Assembly: GCA_951406725.2 (NCBI GenBank)
Contig: OX597822.1
Location: 25,420,001-25,484,000 of the forward strand
DNA: 64,000 nt
Direction of reading: 5' to 3'
Source: Octopus vulgaris
Lineage: Eukaryota
The number at the start of each line of letters is the position of its first letter. Positions within the stretch are counted from its first letter, which is position 1. The position numbers and the translations under genes were made by a program. The notes under the pieces are model-generated. The model worked only from the letters and a program-made list of their open reading frames with translations. It ran no database searches and had not been told where the DNA came from. Of the stretch, positions 43,660-56,631 are shown one piece after another.

Positions 43660-43696
<37 letters not shown>

Positions 43697-43957
43697 TGCA
43701 CACACACACACACACACCTTCTTAGCTTACAATTTCTTTCTTTCAACAATTGACAACTGAAGTACGCTCGCAAATTAATACTACCAAATCTTAGCGACAG
43801 AAAGTAAATTAAAAACCACTTATAATTTATAATAAAATATAGAATGGAATGTACTTTGAAAAATCATAGCTAAATTCCAATTGAAGAAATTCTATATTGT
43901 ACAATTGTATTAAAAACAAATGTCAGAGGCAGAGAAAATCTGCCTTTTATCATAAGA

Positions 43958-44351
43958 CTAGCAGTATCGCCCGGCGTTGCTCGGGTTTGTAAGGGAAATA
44001 ACTATATAAGCATTTTTAGAGAGTTATAGCCAAAAAATAGCAAAAAAATGCATTAAAAATTGAAAAAAAAATTAAGGTAAATTTTTTTTTAAATCGTTGA
44101 CACATCGTAGATATTTTTAGAGAGTTACTTCCCTTATATAAAAGCGAAAAAAATGCATTAAAATGGAAAAATATGATGGTAATTTTTTTAAATCGTAGAC
44201 TCATCGTAGACGCGCGCTAATACCCAGAAGGGCTCGATATGAATCACGACTATAAGATACCCGCTTTTGGTTAAACTGACCGCAAAATGTGGGAGTAGTT
44301 ACGAATCTAAATCGTAGGAGACAGACACACAACTTCACTCTTATATAAAGA
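43958..44351 (-). mobile_element. Non-autonomous Helitron, same 3' end with a different body
   Basis: Minus strand A|TCTTTATATAAG..CCCGAGCAACGCCGGGCGATACTG-CTAG|T. Confidence 0.82.
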
Positions 44352-45142
44352 TGCTTTTTTTTTCAGTCATAGAGTTAGATTTATGAAGGTCTTCAGTAGA
44401 AAATCTTTCGAATTCTGACTCGCTGCTTGATATAATGAAATTCGTATCCATTTTTTGTCAGAATTACAAATAGGAACAAATTTCGGAAAAAAATCTCCCA
44501 TAATTCACGGAATTAAAATTACACTTCGATTTTTGTACAAAACTGTATTTGAAGTGTTTACGAAGTATAATACGTGTTTTCACGAATGTACTAAAGAGAT
44601 TTACTCTGATATTCTCATTTAAATATGAATAGGTAAATTCGGGCGGTTTGGTAACGAAAGGGTTAAACGGATGCATACATTTATTAATAACTACATATAA
44701 GTGTCGTCTGTTTATACATAAACACTGTTTCATACTTTCAGTTTAGTCTTCCTCAAATCACTCTGTCGCTATTTACTCTCTTCCAAGAACATTTTCACTC
44801 ACTCTTATCTGTTAGCTTGCCATACATTTTACTCATGTATCTATCAGCGTAATAGACAGAAACAAATATTACATCTAGTTTCACTTTATTCGTTGCACAC
44901 TGTGTGTGTGCGTTTGCGTGTGCTGTAAACCAGACTAAGAAAAGCATTTGACATACACACCAGAATGTGAGTTTTCTGTAAATTTTGCTTAATTGGAGTT
45001 AAAATTTTAAAAAGTGGACCTGGCAAAACCCGATGCATTCTACTCTTAAAAATGCTAGGTAAATTGTAATTGAAGAAATCCTATATTGTAGATTTCTATA
45101 AGTGACAAAGGGAGGCAGATAAAATCTGCCTTTTATAATAAG

Positions 45143-45194
<52 letters not shown>

Positions 45195-45221
45195 GCATAT
45201 ATATATATATATATACATATG

Positions 45222-45506
45222 TGGAGGCGCAATGGCCCAGTGGTTAGGGCAGCGGACTCGCGGTTGTAGGATCGCGGTTTTGACTCCCAGACCGGGCGTT
45301 GTGAGTGTTTATTGAGCGAAAACACCTAAAGCTCCTCGACGCTCCGACAGGGGTGGTGGCGAACCCTGCTGTACTCTTTCGCCACAACTTTCTCTCACTC
45401 TTTCTTCTGTGGCGTCATTTGAAGGCTAAAACAATTTGAAGCGCATTGTGACTAGCGATGTGTAGCAACATCTGATAGCCTGGTCGGTCGCGGTGATCGC
45501 GGTGAT
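45222..45506 (+). mobile_element. SINE family C
   Basis: Matches 30124-30434. Confidence 0.88.
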
Positions 45507-45549
45507 ACATATACATATATATATGCACACACACACATACACACACACA

Positions 45550-45600
<51 letters not shown>

Positions 45601-45609
45601 TAATTATAA

Positions 45610-45900
45610 TAAAGGGTTATCACACCACCGCTATTTAGCCCTAGGAAACATCAACGCTTCCTGTCGCCCTTGACACATTCCCTGTGTCCTTATGTTTACA
45701 AAGGGGAGACAAGCACCCCCAACAGCTAGGCCTGCATTCAGAGACATGTTTCTGAGTCTTGCTCGTCATCAGTCTGGTGTAGCATGGCCTGCTAGCTGAA
45801 GATACCTGTCTAGACTTTGTAAGCATATATATTTTTTTTCAGCTTTTGGGGGTGCTTGTCTCCCCTTTGTAAACCTAAGGATACAGGAAATGTGAGAGAG
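45610..45900 (-). mobile_element. Penelope-like non-autonomous element: hammerhead enclosed by ~54-bp inverted repeats, adjacent to (TA)n
   Basis: Arms ~45673-45726 and 45841-45894, with the hammerhead between them. Confidence 0.6.
45723..45798 (-). ncRNA. Type-I hammerhead ribozyme (palindromic helix III, GUC site)
   Basis: Minus strand: CAGA-CTGATGA-C-GAG(CAAGA)CTC-A-GAAA-CATG-TC-TCTG. Helix I is extended by TGC/GCA, GGCC/GGCC and CAGCTA/TAGCTG. Confidence 0.78.
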
Positions 45901-46253
45901 AGCGATTGAACGTCACTTGCACATACATGCAAAAAAATTCATACATCACAACACACACCTTCACTCTCTCTTTCTCTCTCTCATACACACAAACGTCCAT
46001 ATCATATACACGTACATCTTACATTTCTTCCTCTCTTTTACTTTACCTCTCACTTCAAAGCAAATGTCGCCTTTTCACTTTATCTGCTCCCTTCAAAGCA
46101 TACAGAAATTAAAACAATTTTACATAAATTAGCAAACAATTATATGATCTCATATATGTCGAGTTGACAACTTTGCTTTTTTCAAATGAAAGCAAGCTTC
46201 CCTTTGATATACACATGCATACGCACACTCTAGGTAAAACTTCTGTGCAAATT

Positions 46254-46790
46254 ATATTAATTCTTGCAGTGTGCACGTGCAAATTTACAGCTCAAATCCA
46301 ATTGAAATTATCATTTTCTATTGTGTAATTTGTGTTTGTGATGAGCGTATTAAAATGAGCGTATATTGATTCTTGCAGTGTGCACGTGCAAATTTACAGC
46401 TCAAATCCAATTGAAATTATCATTTTCTATTGTGTAATTTGTGTTTGTGATGAGCGTATTAAAATGAGCGTATATTGATTCTTGCAGTGTGCACGTGCAA
46501 ATTTACAGCTCAAATCCAATTGAAATTATCATTTTCTATTGTGTAATTTGTGTTTGTGATGAGCGTATTAAAATGAGCGTATATTGATTCTTGCAGTGTG
46601 CACGTGCAAATTTACAGCTCAAATCCAATTGAAATTATCATTTTCTATTGTGTAATTTGTGTTTGTGATGAGCGTATTAAAATGAGCGTATATTGATTCT
46701 TGCAGTGTGCACGTGCAAATTTACAGCTCAAATCCAATTGAAATTATCATTTTCTATTGTGTAATTTGTGTTTGTGATGAGCGTATTAAA
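46254..46790. repeat. 109-bp tandem repeat, ~4.9 near-identical copies
   Basis: TTCTTGCAG starts at 46261, 46370, 46479, 46588 and 46697. Confidence 0.98.
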
Positions 46791-47261
46791 AAACCAGATC
46801 TTCGATATAAATTTAAAAGGAAGATTTCCCAGAAGTCTTGCCCTTTACATCTTTTTAGCATGTCCAAGGTGACATTTTCACCCCATTATTTTTTCCTAAA
46901 TTTCTTCCGATTCCTATGTTTGCGATACAGGGGATTATAATTTCACTCTCAAAACACGTTCTCAATATTTTTATTTTTTCCCCTCTCCACACCAAATTAT
47001 TAATCTTTTTTTCTTCAAATTTTTATTCTTGGTAATCCATGGAGAAAAAAACAGAGAGTATGAATCTTTAAGAATTATACCCATCAGCTCACCACTTTCA
47101 AAAAGCTACGAACTCCTAATATTTCACTTTTAGTTTTTTGTAAAGCAGGGAAGTTTCTTCAGAAATAATGTGGTTTACCTGTTATTTCTAGCATGTTGGG
47201 TTTTCTGACAGTGGTCTGGTATTTTTTTAGTCTACTATTTCAGTAGAATTCTACGCATAAT

Positions 47262-48078
47262 GGAAACATCAGTGAAAAAGACTATATACCACACAAGTGC
47301 ATCGGACCTCTACAGAATGTGTGGGAAGCGGGTCGAAAGTGTGACTCACATTGTTAGTGATTGTGAAAGTCTTGCGCAGATAGACACGACAAAGTAGCCC
47401 AAAACTTCCACTAGCTACTATGCCGTAAGTATGGACAAGTGGTTACGGGTGCTTGGTACCAACATACACTGGAAAAGGTAATGGACGAAAAGGGGAAGGT
47501 AAAATCCTCTGTTACTTTGATTTCCAGACAAAGTGTTAGAACACCAAAGGCCAGATACAATAATCTTTAGAAGGGACAAACAAGAGTGCCTAATAATCGA
47601 CGTAGCAGTGCCAGCGGATCAGTATATCATCATGAAAGAAAGAGAAAAAATTGATAACTATGGAGACCTGAGAACTGAGATCTCTCAGATGTGGCAGCTA
47701 CGAGAGTCGAACATAACGGTTATCCCTATTGTCATCGGAGAATTTGGGTTCAATATCACCCAATTTGAAAAAAAAAAACATCTGGAAACCTTAGAGATAC
47801 CCTACAATCTAGATGTATTGCAAAAATCGGCATTACTTGGAACTGCGCGCATATTGCGTAAAGTACTGCCTGGGAACAGTGAGTAAAAATCTTGAGAAGT
47901 ACATGGAACAAATAGGGGCTGTAATAAGGGTGGAGCACTTCCAGTAAACAGTACTGCTTGGAACCGCTCAAATACACCGGAAGGTGCTCGAAAAATAAGA
48001 GGTGCTACTTTAGTTCACTGGTAGTGAACAGCTGACACCGTAGTACATCTCCAGCGTTAGAAGCAGTGCAAAGGCAAT
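47262..48078 (+). mobile_element. 3' remnant of a second RLE-type (R4/Dong-like) LINE
   Basis: RMCGKRVESVTHIVSDCESLAQ, RHDKVA, RPDTIIF..LIIDVAVP..EKIDNYGDL..PIVIG..LQKSALLGTARILRKVL. Followed by a 3' UTR and (TAA)n at ~48079-48152. Confidence 0.88.
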
Positions 48079-48082
48079 GATG

Positions 48083-48146
<64 letters not shown>

Positions 48147-48169
48147 TAATAATATATAGATATATAAAT

Positions 48170-48370
48170 GTGTATGTATGAGTTATTCTTTGGGTACCAT
48201 GGCCCCTTCGAGTAGAGAGTTATTTGCAAAGATATATTCGGGTGGTTTATCTGGAATTCATTGGACGTATTCGTCCAGGAACCGCTTAAATATTGAAGGA
48301 TCTTTTTCGTCTTTTATCTGCCTTGGTATGATGTTAAAGGCAACAGGGCCAGTTGCGTTGAAGTAATTCT
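48170..48370 (-). mobile_element. CR1-group LINE 3' remnant
   Basis: Minus strand NYFNATGPVAFNIIPRQIKDEKDPSIFKRFLDEYVQ*IPDKP. Confidence 0.65.
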
Positions 48371-49008
48371 GTGTCCTGTGATGCGAACAAGAATTTTGTA
48401 GAGGACGGATAGCATAAGGACCAAAACCTCGTACAACTTTTAAAGTGGATGCCTACATCATCTGGGCTATGTTGTTGGAATATTTTTCATGTCATGCAGA
48501 TGATATACCGCTCACGGTAACGCTGGAGGGAATAAAAAAATGAGTTTTCCTGGACGATCCCAATAATCAAGAACTGTCAAGCTGTCTATTTTAGTTGAGA
48601 TCGATCTTTGGAGGGTTTCAAATTTTATGATATTCTTTTTCAGGTCGAGAGACCACAAGGTGAGGCTGGGCGAAGGTGGAGAAAAGAAGCATAAAGGAAA
48701 GAGCGTCCCTAGATCCCAAAATTCTGAGGATCCAGGAGCACACACTGCGGGCCATGTCAACTTTGTTTCTTATGCGGGCACTCCATCTTATGTTATTGTC
48801 AACAGTTACCCTGAGGTCCCGCGCGGCGCTTCATGCGATATGGTTTACGCCTGAGTGAAGAGTTTATGGTAGTTTAAGTGCAACCTCTTTACCAAAGTTG
48901 ATTCATTCGAATGTATTTCCGTTTGTATGTATATATATATATATATATTTATATAGATATATAGATATATAGATATATAGATATATAGATATATAGATAT
49001 ATATATAT

Positions 49009-49208
49009 GGAGGCACATGGCCTAGTGATTCGAGAAGCGCACTCGCGGTCAGGGATCGCGGGTTCGAATCTCAGACCGGGCGATGTGTGTGTTTATGAGC
49101 GAAACACCTAAGCTCCAGGCGGCTCCGGTAGAAGGTAATGGCGAACTTCTGGTGACTCGTTCGCCACATCTTTCTCTCACTCTTTCCTCCTGCATCTTGC
49201 AGCTCACC
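49009..49208 (+). mobile_element. SINE family C-related, 5' part
   Basis: GGAGGCACATGGCCTAGTG..GGTTCGAATCTCAGACCGGGCG..GAGCGAAACACCTAAGCTCC. Confidence 0.78.
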
Positions 49209-49409
49209 CATTTTAGTACACATACTGAAAGAGTTACTAACAGTTTCATGCTTATATGATACTTTAACTAGGCATAAAATACGCCATATATCCTCAAGCA
49301 ATCTTTCAGATACATGGCATAAATCATAGATATGCTTAGTTAAGGTATCATAAAATCATTAAACGATTAGTAGCTCTTTCAGTATGTGTATTAAAATGAT
49401 ACATATATG

Positions 49410-49467
<58 letters not shown>

Positions 49468-49469
<2 letters not shown>

Positions 49470-49895
49470 GCAGGAGTTGCTGTGTGGGTAAGTAGCTTGC
49501 TAACCAACAACACGGTTCCGGATTCAGTCCCACTGCGTGGCATCTTGGGCAAGTGTCTTCTGCTATAGCCCCGGGCCGACCAATGCCCTGTGAGTGGATT
49601 TGGTAGACGGAAACTAAAAGAAGCCTGTCGTATATATGTATATATTTATATATATATATATATGTGTGTGTATATGTTTGTGTGTCTGCGTTTGTCCCCC
49701 TAGCATTGTTTGACAACCGATGCTGGTGTGTTTACGTACCCGTCACTTAGCGGTTCGGCAAAAGAGACCGATAGAATAAGTACTGGGCTTACAAAGAATA
49801 AGTCCCGGGGCCGACTTGCTCGACTAAAGGCGGTGCTCCAGCATGGCCGCAGTCAAATGACTGAAACAAGTAAAAGAGTAAAAGAGTAAAAGAGT
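49468..49895 (+). mobile_element. SINE family A, full length
   Basis: Close match to 2593-2990. Confidence 0.9.
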
Positions 49896-50645
49896 ATATA
49901 TATATATATATATACACACACATCTGTGTGCTGTCACCTGTTGAAGCCCTACAGAGCTAGTCTGGGAAGTTTTGATACCACCTCGTATATATAAACACAA
50001 ACGCACGCAAATTATGGGCGTTTGCACGGTCACTGTCCACCAATTCGAATAAAGTCAACGAGTAGATTTTGTTGGGCTAGAAAGTGGTCAATTTACCAGC
50101 TAGAAGTAGATACTAAATCCCTTTTAAGTTGCATTCTATCGTCGTGCGTAATATGGTCCTGGGTTCCGAGCGCATATGACAGGATAGTCACGGATGGTAG
50201 GCCTTTGATCATAAGTGTGTTCAATTAGGACTGATCTGGCAATAAGCAACAACGACAATAATAATAGTTGTTCCCGAACCTGAACGTGATCGCTTGATCT
50301 GTTGGAAGTAGCAGCCAGAACTACCTCAAATCATTCCCTGTCCTCATAAAAAACGGACTCAATGGATGATGTGGTCATGGCTTACCAATATCAATAAAAA
50401 TGACGAAATGGTCACGATTGGAACGCGTCTAGTCACTGACGTGCTCAGTCACTGTTGACTTGGGACTATGCAAACCACAATAACAGCAACTATAACCACA
50501 ACCATTGTGATTCAGTCCTCGATGCGGCCCATCCAACGACTAGACTAGAAATAACAGCCAAAATTCTTAATGTTACATTCTACGATCTCCTACAATTTAC
50601 AATCTTCTACTATCTCCAACAAAAAACAAAAACAAAAAAAAAACA

Positions 50646-51230
50646 AGGGTCTTTTCGGTTTGAACGGCAGTTTTTAACATAATTTCTAGGTAACTAAACA
50701 CTTTTAAACTTCGTATACTGGTAGAATGTGTTTATAAAACATCTTTTTCTCTTGGCTTTATTGAGAAAATTCTATGGTTTGTAAGATATTTGTTGTTTTT
50801 TATCTTCAGTTTCTGCAATTTCAACCAATCAAATACGTCTATTGAGGTAAAAAACATTCTGTGCCGTATGAATATGTCCCTCGTTTAAGAAACAGATTGG
50901 GTTTATTTACATCTCTGAAGAAAACAAGATACCTATTTCTTTATTACCCACAAGGGGCTAAACACATAGGGGACAAACAAGGACAGACATAGGTATTAAG
51001 TCGATTACATCGATCCCAGTGTGTAACTGGTACTTAATTTATCGACCCCGAAAGGATGAAAGGCAAAGTCGACCTCAAGAAAACAAGATACCATCCCCCA
51101 CCCCACCCCTAACTTTAACCCTAACTAACCCTAAACCTAAAACAGATTGAAATGCTAGGGGTCATAATTATGGGTGAAAATTTCATATGACACCGCTAGA
51201 AAAAACTGCCGGTCAAACCGAAAAGATCCT
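50646..51230. mobile_element. MITE family E, complete, with nested SINE B
   Basis: ~30-bp TIRs AGGGTCTTTTCGGTTTGAACGGCAGTTTTT / AAAAACTGCCGGTCAAACCGAAAAGATCCT. CCCTAA units at ~51107-51140. Confidence 0.9.
50934..51076 (-). mobile_element. 5'-truncated SINE family B with 16-bp TSD
   Basis: TSD AAGAAAACAAGATACC at 50918-50933 and 51077-51092. Confidence 0.9.
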
Positions 51231-51851
51231 AACACAAAAAATACAAAGCAAAAATAAACTGCATATTGGATGATGTAATCCTAGATACATTTAGGCGTGA
51301 AGAAAAAATGTAGTGACAACTGTAATACCTTTGTTATCGGCCCGATTAATTAAAGCAACAACTATAACATCGATCATAACAACAAAAACATCTATATACT
51401 CCCTTCCTTTCATTTTTTTACTTGACCCCTCTCTTTTCTCTCTCTGTCCCTTTCTCTTAATCCCACGCTCAAATTCATCACCTCCCACTGTCACTCCTAC
51501 ATAGCAAGACACATCACATCACATAACAGTCCCTCGCTGTCCGATCATATAAACAAGCCTTACTCAACACCAACCAACACAACCGCAGATTACCTTTCAT
51601 TGTAATTGTTTTTACTTAAATTACACGAGTGCTTGACAAGAAGACACTTGTACCGCCCAGTACAGGACAGACAATGATACGTGTTACATTTTACCTGTTT
51701 TGCTAATTTTTTTTTTCTTATCTCTTTTTTCTTTCCGGTTATCTGCCTTGTTTTATTGGTGTCCTGAGATCTGATGGGTGTGGTGATTCTTCGTGATATA
51801 TTTTTTGTATATTTGGAAATGAGCTCCACTACATCGGACTGCTGAAAAAAA

Positions 51852-51900
<49 letters not shown>

Positions 51901-52497
51901 GTTATTATTTCTAAAACCATCATCGCTGCTGTCCCACATCACAATAGAGCAACTACACCGCCATCAAAGCCACCAGTTCTTCTAACTAATATTTTCAGGT
52001 AAGGAACATCAAACATCCTTTAAGAATTTATATATGTATATAAATTCATATATGTTAGTATGTATTTATATACGCGTATGAATATATGTTTAAATATAAA
52101 CAGATATTTCCCGGCTTTTTGATTTTCGCCACTCATGTATTTTGTTCAATATACTTATTTATAAAATTCATGTATACATACATACATACATACATACATA
52201 CATACATACATACATACATACATGCATGCTTACATACATAGATATAGAGAGACAGACAGACAGATAGATATACAGATATACCGACAGAAAGACAGACAGA
52301 GAGATAGTTGTATGTTTATGTAGAGAGAGAGAGAGAGAAAGAGAAAGAAAGAGAGAAAGATAAAGAGAGAGAGAGAAGAAAACAATATATATATGAATAC
52401 ATCTATATATGCACACACATAAAAATATTTATATATCTATATTGTATAGTATATATGATAATAACAACATATATGTATATGCATAAATATATATTTG

Positions 52498-52548
<51 letters not shown>

Positions 52549-52567
52549 CATATATATATATATATAT

Positions 52568-52598
<31 letters not shown>

Positions 52599-52651
52599 TA
52601 CATATGTAGATGAGTGTGTATATATGTATATATGTATATATATATACATAC

Positions 52652-52766
<115 letters not shown>

Positions 52767-53195
52767 CATATCAGAAGAAATGAAATATAGGCTTCGTTAC
52801 ATTAAATTCCAAACGTAATTTCATTGGATCATACAACCGGAAATACGGGATATAAAAACACTCATATGTTCATTTTTTACTGTGCACGCCTGTGTGTAAT
52901 ATTTATTATTAATATTAATGATTGTTTACTTCAAGGCATCGCCGACTTGGAGTCCTTGAAACTCACCAAGGTGGCACGGGGAGCACAACATTGGGGAATT
53001 TAGTCGAAAATATCGGAAGCAAGTACTTGTTTGTAAAGCCTGCTACTAATTCAGTCGGTCTTTTTTTGCCCAATAGCTAGGTTAATGGGGGCATATACAA
53101 TCTAGCGCCGGTAGCCAAGCGATCGTGGGAGACAACCAAAACGCGTGCGTACGAACACACACCACCACACACACATATGAATATATATATATATA

Positions 53196-53403
53196 TAGTT
53201 AATCCAAACATGAAAGCACAAAAAAAAACACAACAACGCGAGGACGTGGAACAAATATAGTATTATTGGACACTCAGGAAAGAAGGAAGGAAGGAGGGTT
53301 TAACGTTTCGAGCGGAGCTCTTCGTCGGAAACAAAAGAGAAGGAAAGATCCAGAGAAGGGAAGACAGAGGAAAAAAAATCGCCAACTGTACACGCACGGT
53401 CAC

Positions 53404-53405
<2 letters not shown>
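53196..53405 (-). mobile_element. Hammerhead-bearing family H copy 3
   Basis: Minus strand GTTT-CCGACGA-A-GAGC(TCC)GCTC-GAAA-CG-TT-AAAC at ~53298-53332. Flanked by (TA)n on both sides. Confidence 0.65.
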
Positions 53406-53451
<46 letters not shown>

Positions 53452-53700
53452 TAAATTAGAGATAAAACCACTAGTAGGCAAATCAAACAGTGAAAAACAT
53501 AAACCAAAACATAAAAATAAATATATTTAATATAGTATACAAAAAATATAACATTCAAAATTTAAATTATTAAATTTAAAATTTTTTATATCCAAAAATT
53601 TTTATATTTTTTTAATATATATTTAAAATTTTAAATTTATAAATTTTTAAACTTTTTCTTATACTATCAAAAAGTATTAAAAAGTTTAATATAAAATAAG

Positions 53701-53745
<45 letters not shown>

Positions 53746-54138
53746 TGCATAATCATTTTAGATTCCGACAGCCTAATCATCTCACAAGGCTTTGGTCAGC
53801 CTAGCACTATAGCAGAGGACAGACACATGGACAGGATGAACACAATGAGAAGGAATCCAAACTCATGTGATCAACAAGCAAGCTTCCTAACCACACAGAC
53901 ACACGTGCACCCCATACTTATTCAACGTTAGATAGTGTAATAACTCATTCATACAGTTCATGCTGAAGCTAAATATTGATGAAGCTAAATATTATCAACA
54001 TATATACATACATACATACATACATATATATACAACATATATACATACACACATACATATATGTATATTATATATATACATATATATATATACATATATA
54101 TATATACACATATATAGCTATACATATACATACATATG

Positions 54139-54173
<35 letters not shown>

Positions 54174-54187
54174 ATACATATATACAT

Positions 54188-54234
<47 letters not shown>

Positions 54235-54265
54235 GGTGCATTTACAAGTATATACACATATGTTT

Positions 54266-54305
<40 letters not shown>

Positions 54306-54903
54306 CTATATATCCTATATTTATATATATGTATGCCTACACGTAGATATATAGTTACATCTATCTATATATTTATATATATATATGTATGTATATATAC
54401 AAGTATATATACATATACACACACAGACAGACACACACGCATATACACATATATGTATGAATGTATGCATATATATACATAGATATATACGTGTGTGTAT
54501 GTTTGTATATGCATCAATATGAATGTATGTATGTATGTATGTATGTATGTATGTATGTATGTATGTATGTATGCAGGTATATATGTATCAAGGCGTACTT
54601 CAACATGCTTCCGCTATTAGTTCCAAGGCATGGGACTTAACTCGAGAAACGATGTTACACGAAAACAGATTTCACAAATATGTATTAGGTTATATCTGTT
54701 TTGATAAATGGTTGCAATATCATTTCACGTGTATTCATAAACATAAATCATAAATAAGGGTATCTAAGAGATACCATCATGCTTGAAATAGCAGTCAAAA
54801 CTGACTCTAAAAACCACATTACCATTATATTTTTACCTGATAAGATATTTCTTCTCATGCTGACAGTTGATTGATCGTTATTTTAAATAACGATCCTACC
54901 CCT

Positions 54904-54985
<82 letters not shown>

Positions 54986-55123
54986 GTTTTTAGAATGTCC
55001 GCTGAGACCGATGAATTTGAGGTTTATTTTTCCGTTACTTTCCAAAGAAAAGAAATAATAGAACGATGTGAAGTCGGAAGACACGTAACACGAGGGACTG
55101 TATGCATACAAGCGCTGGTGTGC

Positions 55124-55247
<124 letters not shown>

Positions 55248-55344
55248 GTGTGTGTGTGCGTGTGTGCACGTGTGTGTGTATATATGTGTGTGCACATACA
55301 TGTATTTATAGATTTCCATATATATCTACATGTATGTATGCATC

Positions 55345-55419
<75 letters not shown>

Positions 55420-55489
55420 ATATATATTTATATATATATATACATATACATACATATATATGTACATGTATAGTGATATATATTTATAG

Positions 55490-55650
55490 ATGCAGGAGTG
55501 GTTGTGTGGCAAGTTGCGTGTTTACCAACTACATGGTTCCGGGTTCAGTCCCACTGCATGGCACTTTGGGCAAGTGTCTTCTACTATAGCCTTGGGCCGA
55601 CCAAAGCCTTGTGAGTGGATTTGGCGGACGGGAACAGAAAGAAGCCCGTC

Positions 55651-55699
<49 letters not shown>

Positions 55700-55920
55700 A
55701 ATATATAAATGTATATGTTTGTGTGTTTGCGTTTGTCCCCGCCCCAACATCGCGTGACTGGCGATGCTGGTGTGTTTACGTCCCTGTAACTTAGCGGTTC
55801 GACAAGAGAGACCGATAGAATAAGTACTAGGCTTTGAAATAATAAGTCCTGGGGTCAACTAAAGCGGTGCTCCAGCATGGCCGCAGTCAAATGACTGAAA
55901 CAAATAAAATAATAAAAGAA
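55490..55920 (+). mobile_element. SINE family A
   Basis: Matches 2593-2990. Confidence 0.87.
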
Positions 55921-55980
55921 TATATATACAGTCATATATATATTCTTATTTATATATATATTTATATATATATGTGCGTA

Positions 55981-56041
<61 letters not shown>

Positions 56042-56070
56042 GTGATAGATAGATAGATAGATAGATAGAC

Positions 56071-56113
<43 letters not shown>

Positions 56114-56289
56114 TCTCAGGTTCCTGGAATATATATGATAGAGGGATCCACATATATATATATACGCACATATGCACTTTTGTATGTATATACGTATATA
56201 TATATATATATGTGTGTGTATGTATCTGTGTGTGTGTGTGTGCGTGTGTGCGTGCATATGTGCAAGCAAGGCCAGCTCTAGGCAGAGTT

Positions 56290-56630
56290 GAATTAACCAT
56301 TAAGCAAAATAATCACGTGCTTAGGACAGAAAGGAAGTAGGGGCACCACAGAAATAGTAAATGGTTTACGGCACAAAAGAAATCACTGTAAACTCCTTAG
56401 ACTAACATCGGAATGCGTTATCTCTTGTAAGTATATAGAAGCAGATATGTTACGAAAGATTGTGAGGACCTGATCAAAGAGTTTGCAAAAAAAAAAATAA
56501 TAAGTTGTAGAAAGCTTCCCAAATACAAATAACGTGGAAGTATACGAAAATAAACATTACTTTCCATCTTACTGTTAGTTTCATTTTAAAAAGTAAATTC
56601 TTTAATCTTTTATTATTGTTTATATTTTAA
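56290..56630. mobile_element. Diverged hAT-type MITE related to 26792-27195, inverted and truncated
   Basis: GGGGCACCACAGAAAT.GTAAATGGTTTACGGCACAAAAGAAATCACT is the reverse complement of ~27086-27132. Confidence 0.75.
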
Positions 56631-56631
56631 A

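Noticed and set aside
44640-44668. piggyBac-like AGGG|TTAA end (also ~35010)
   Set aside because: No matching left TIR found.
46254-46790. CRISPR-like array
   Set aside because: No unique spacers; eukaryotic context.
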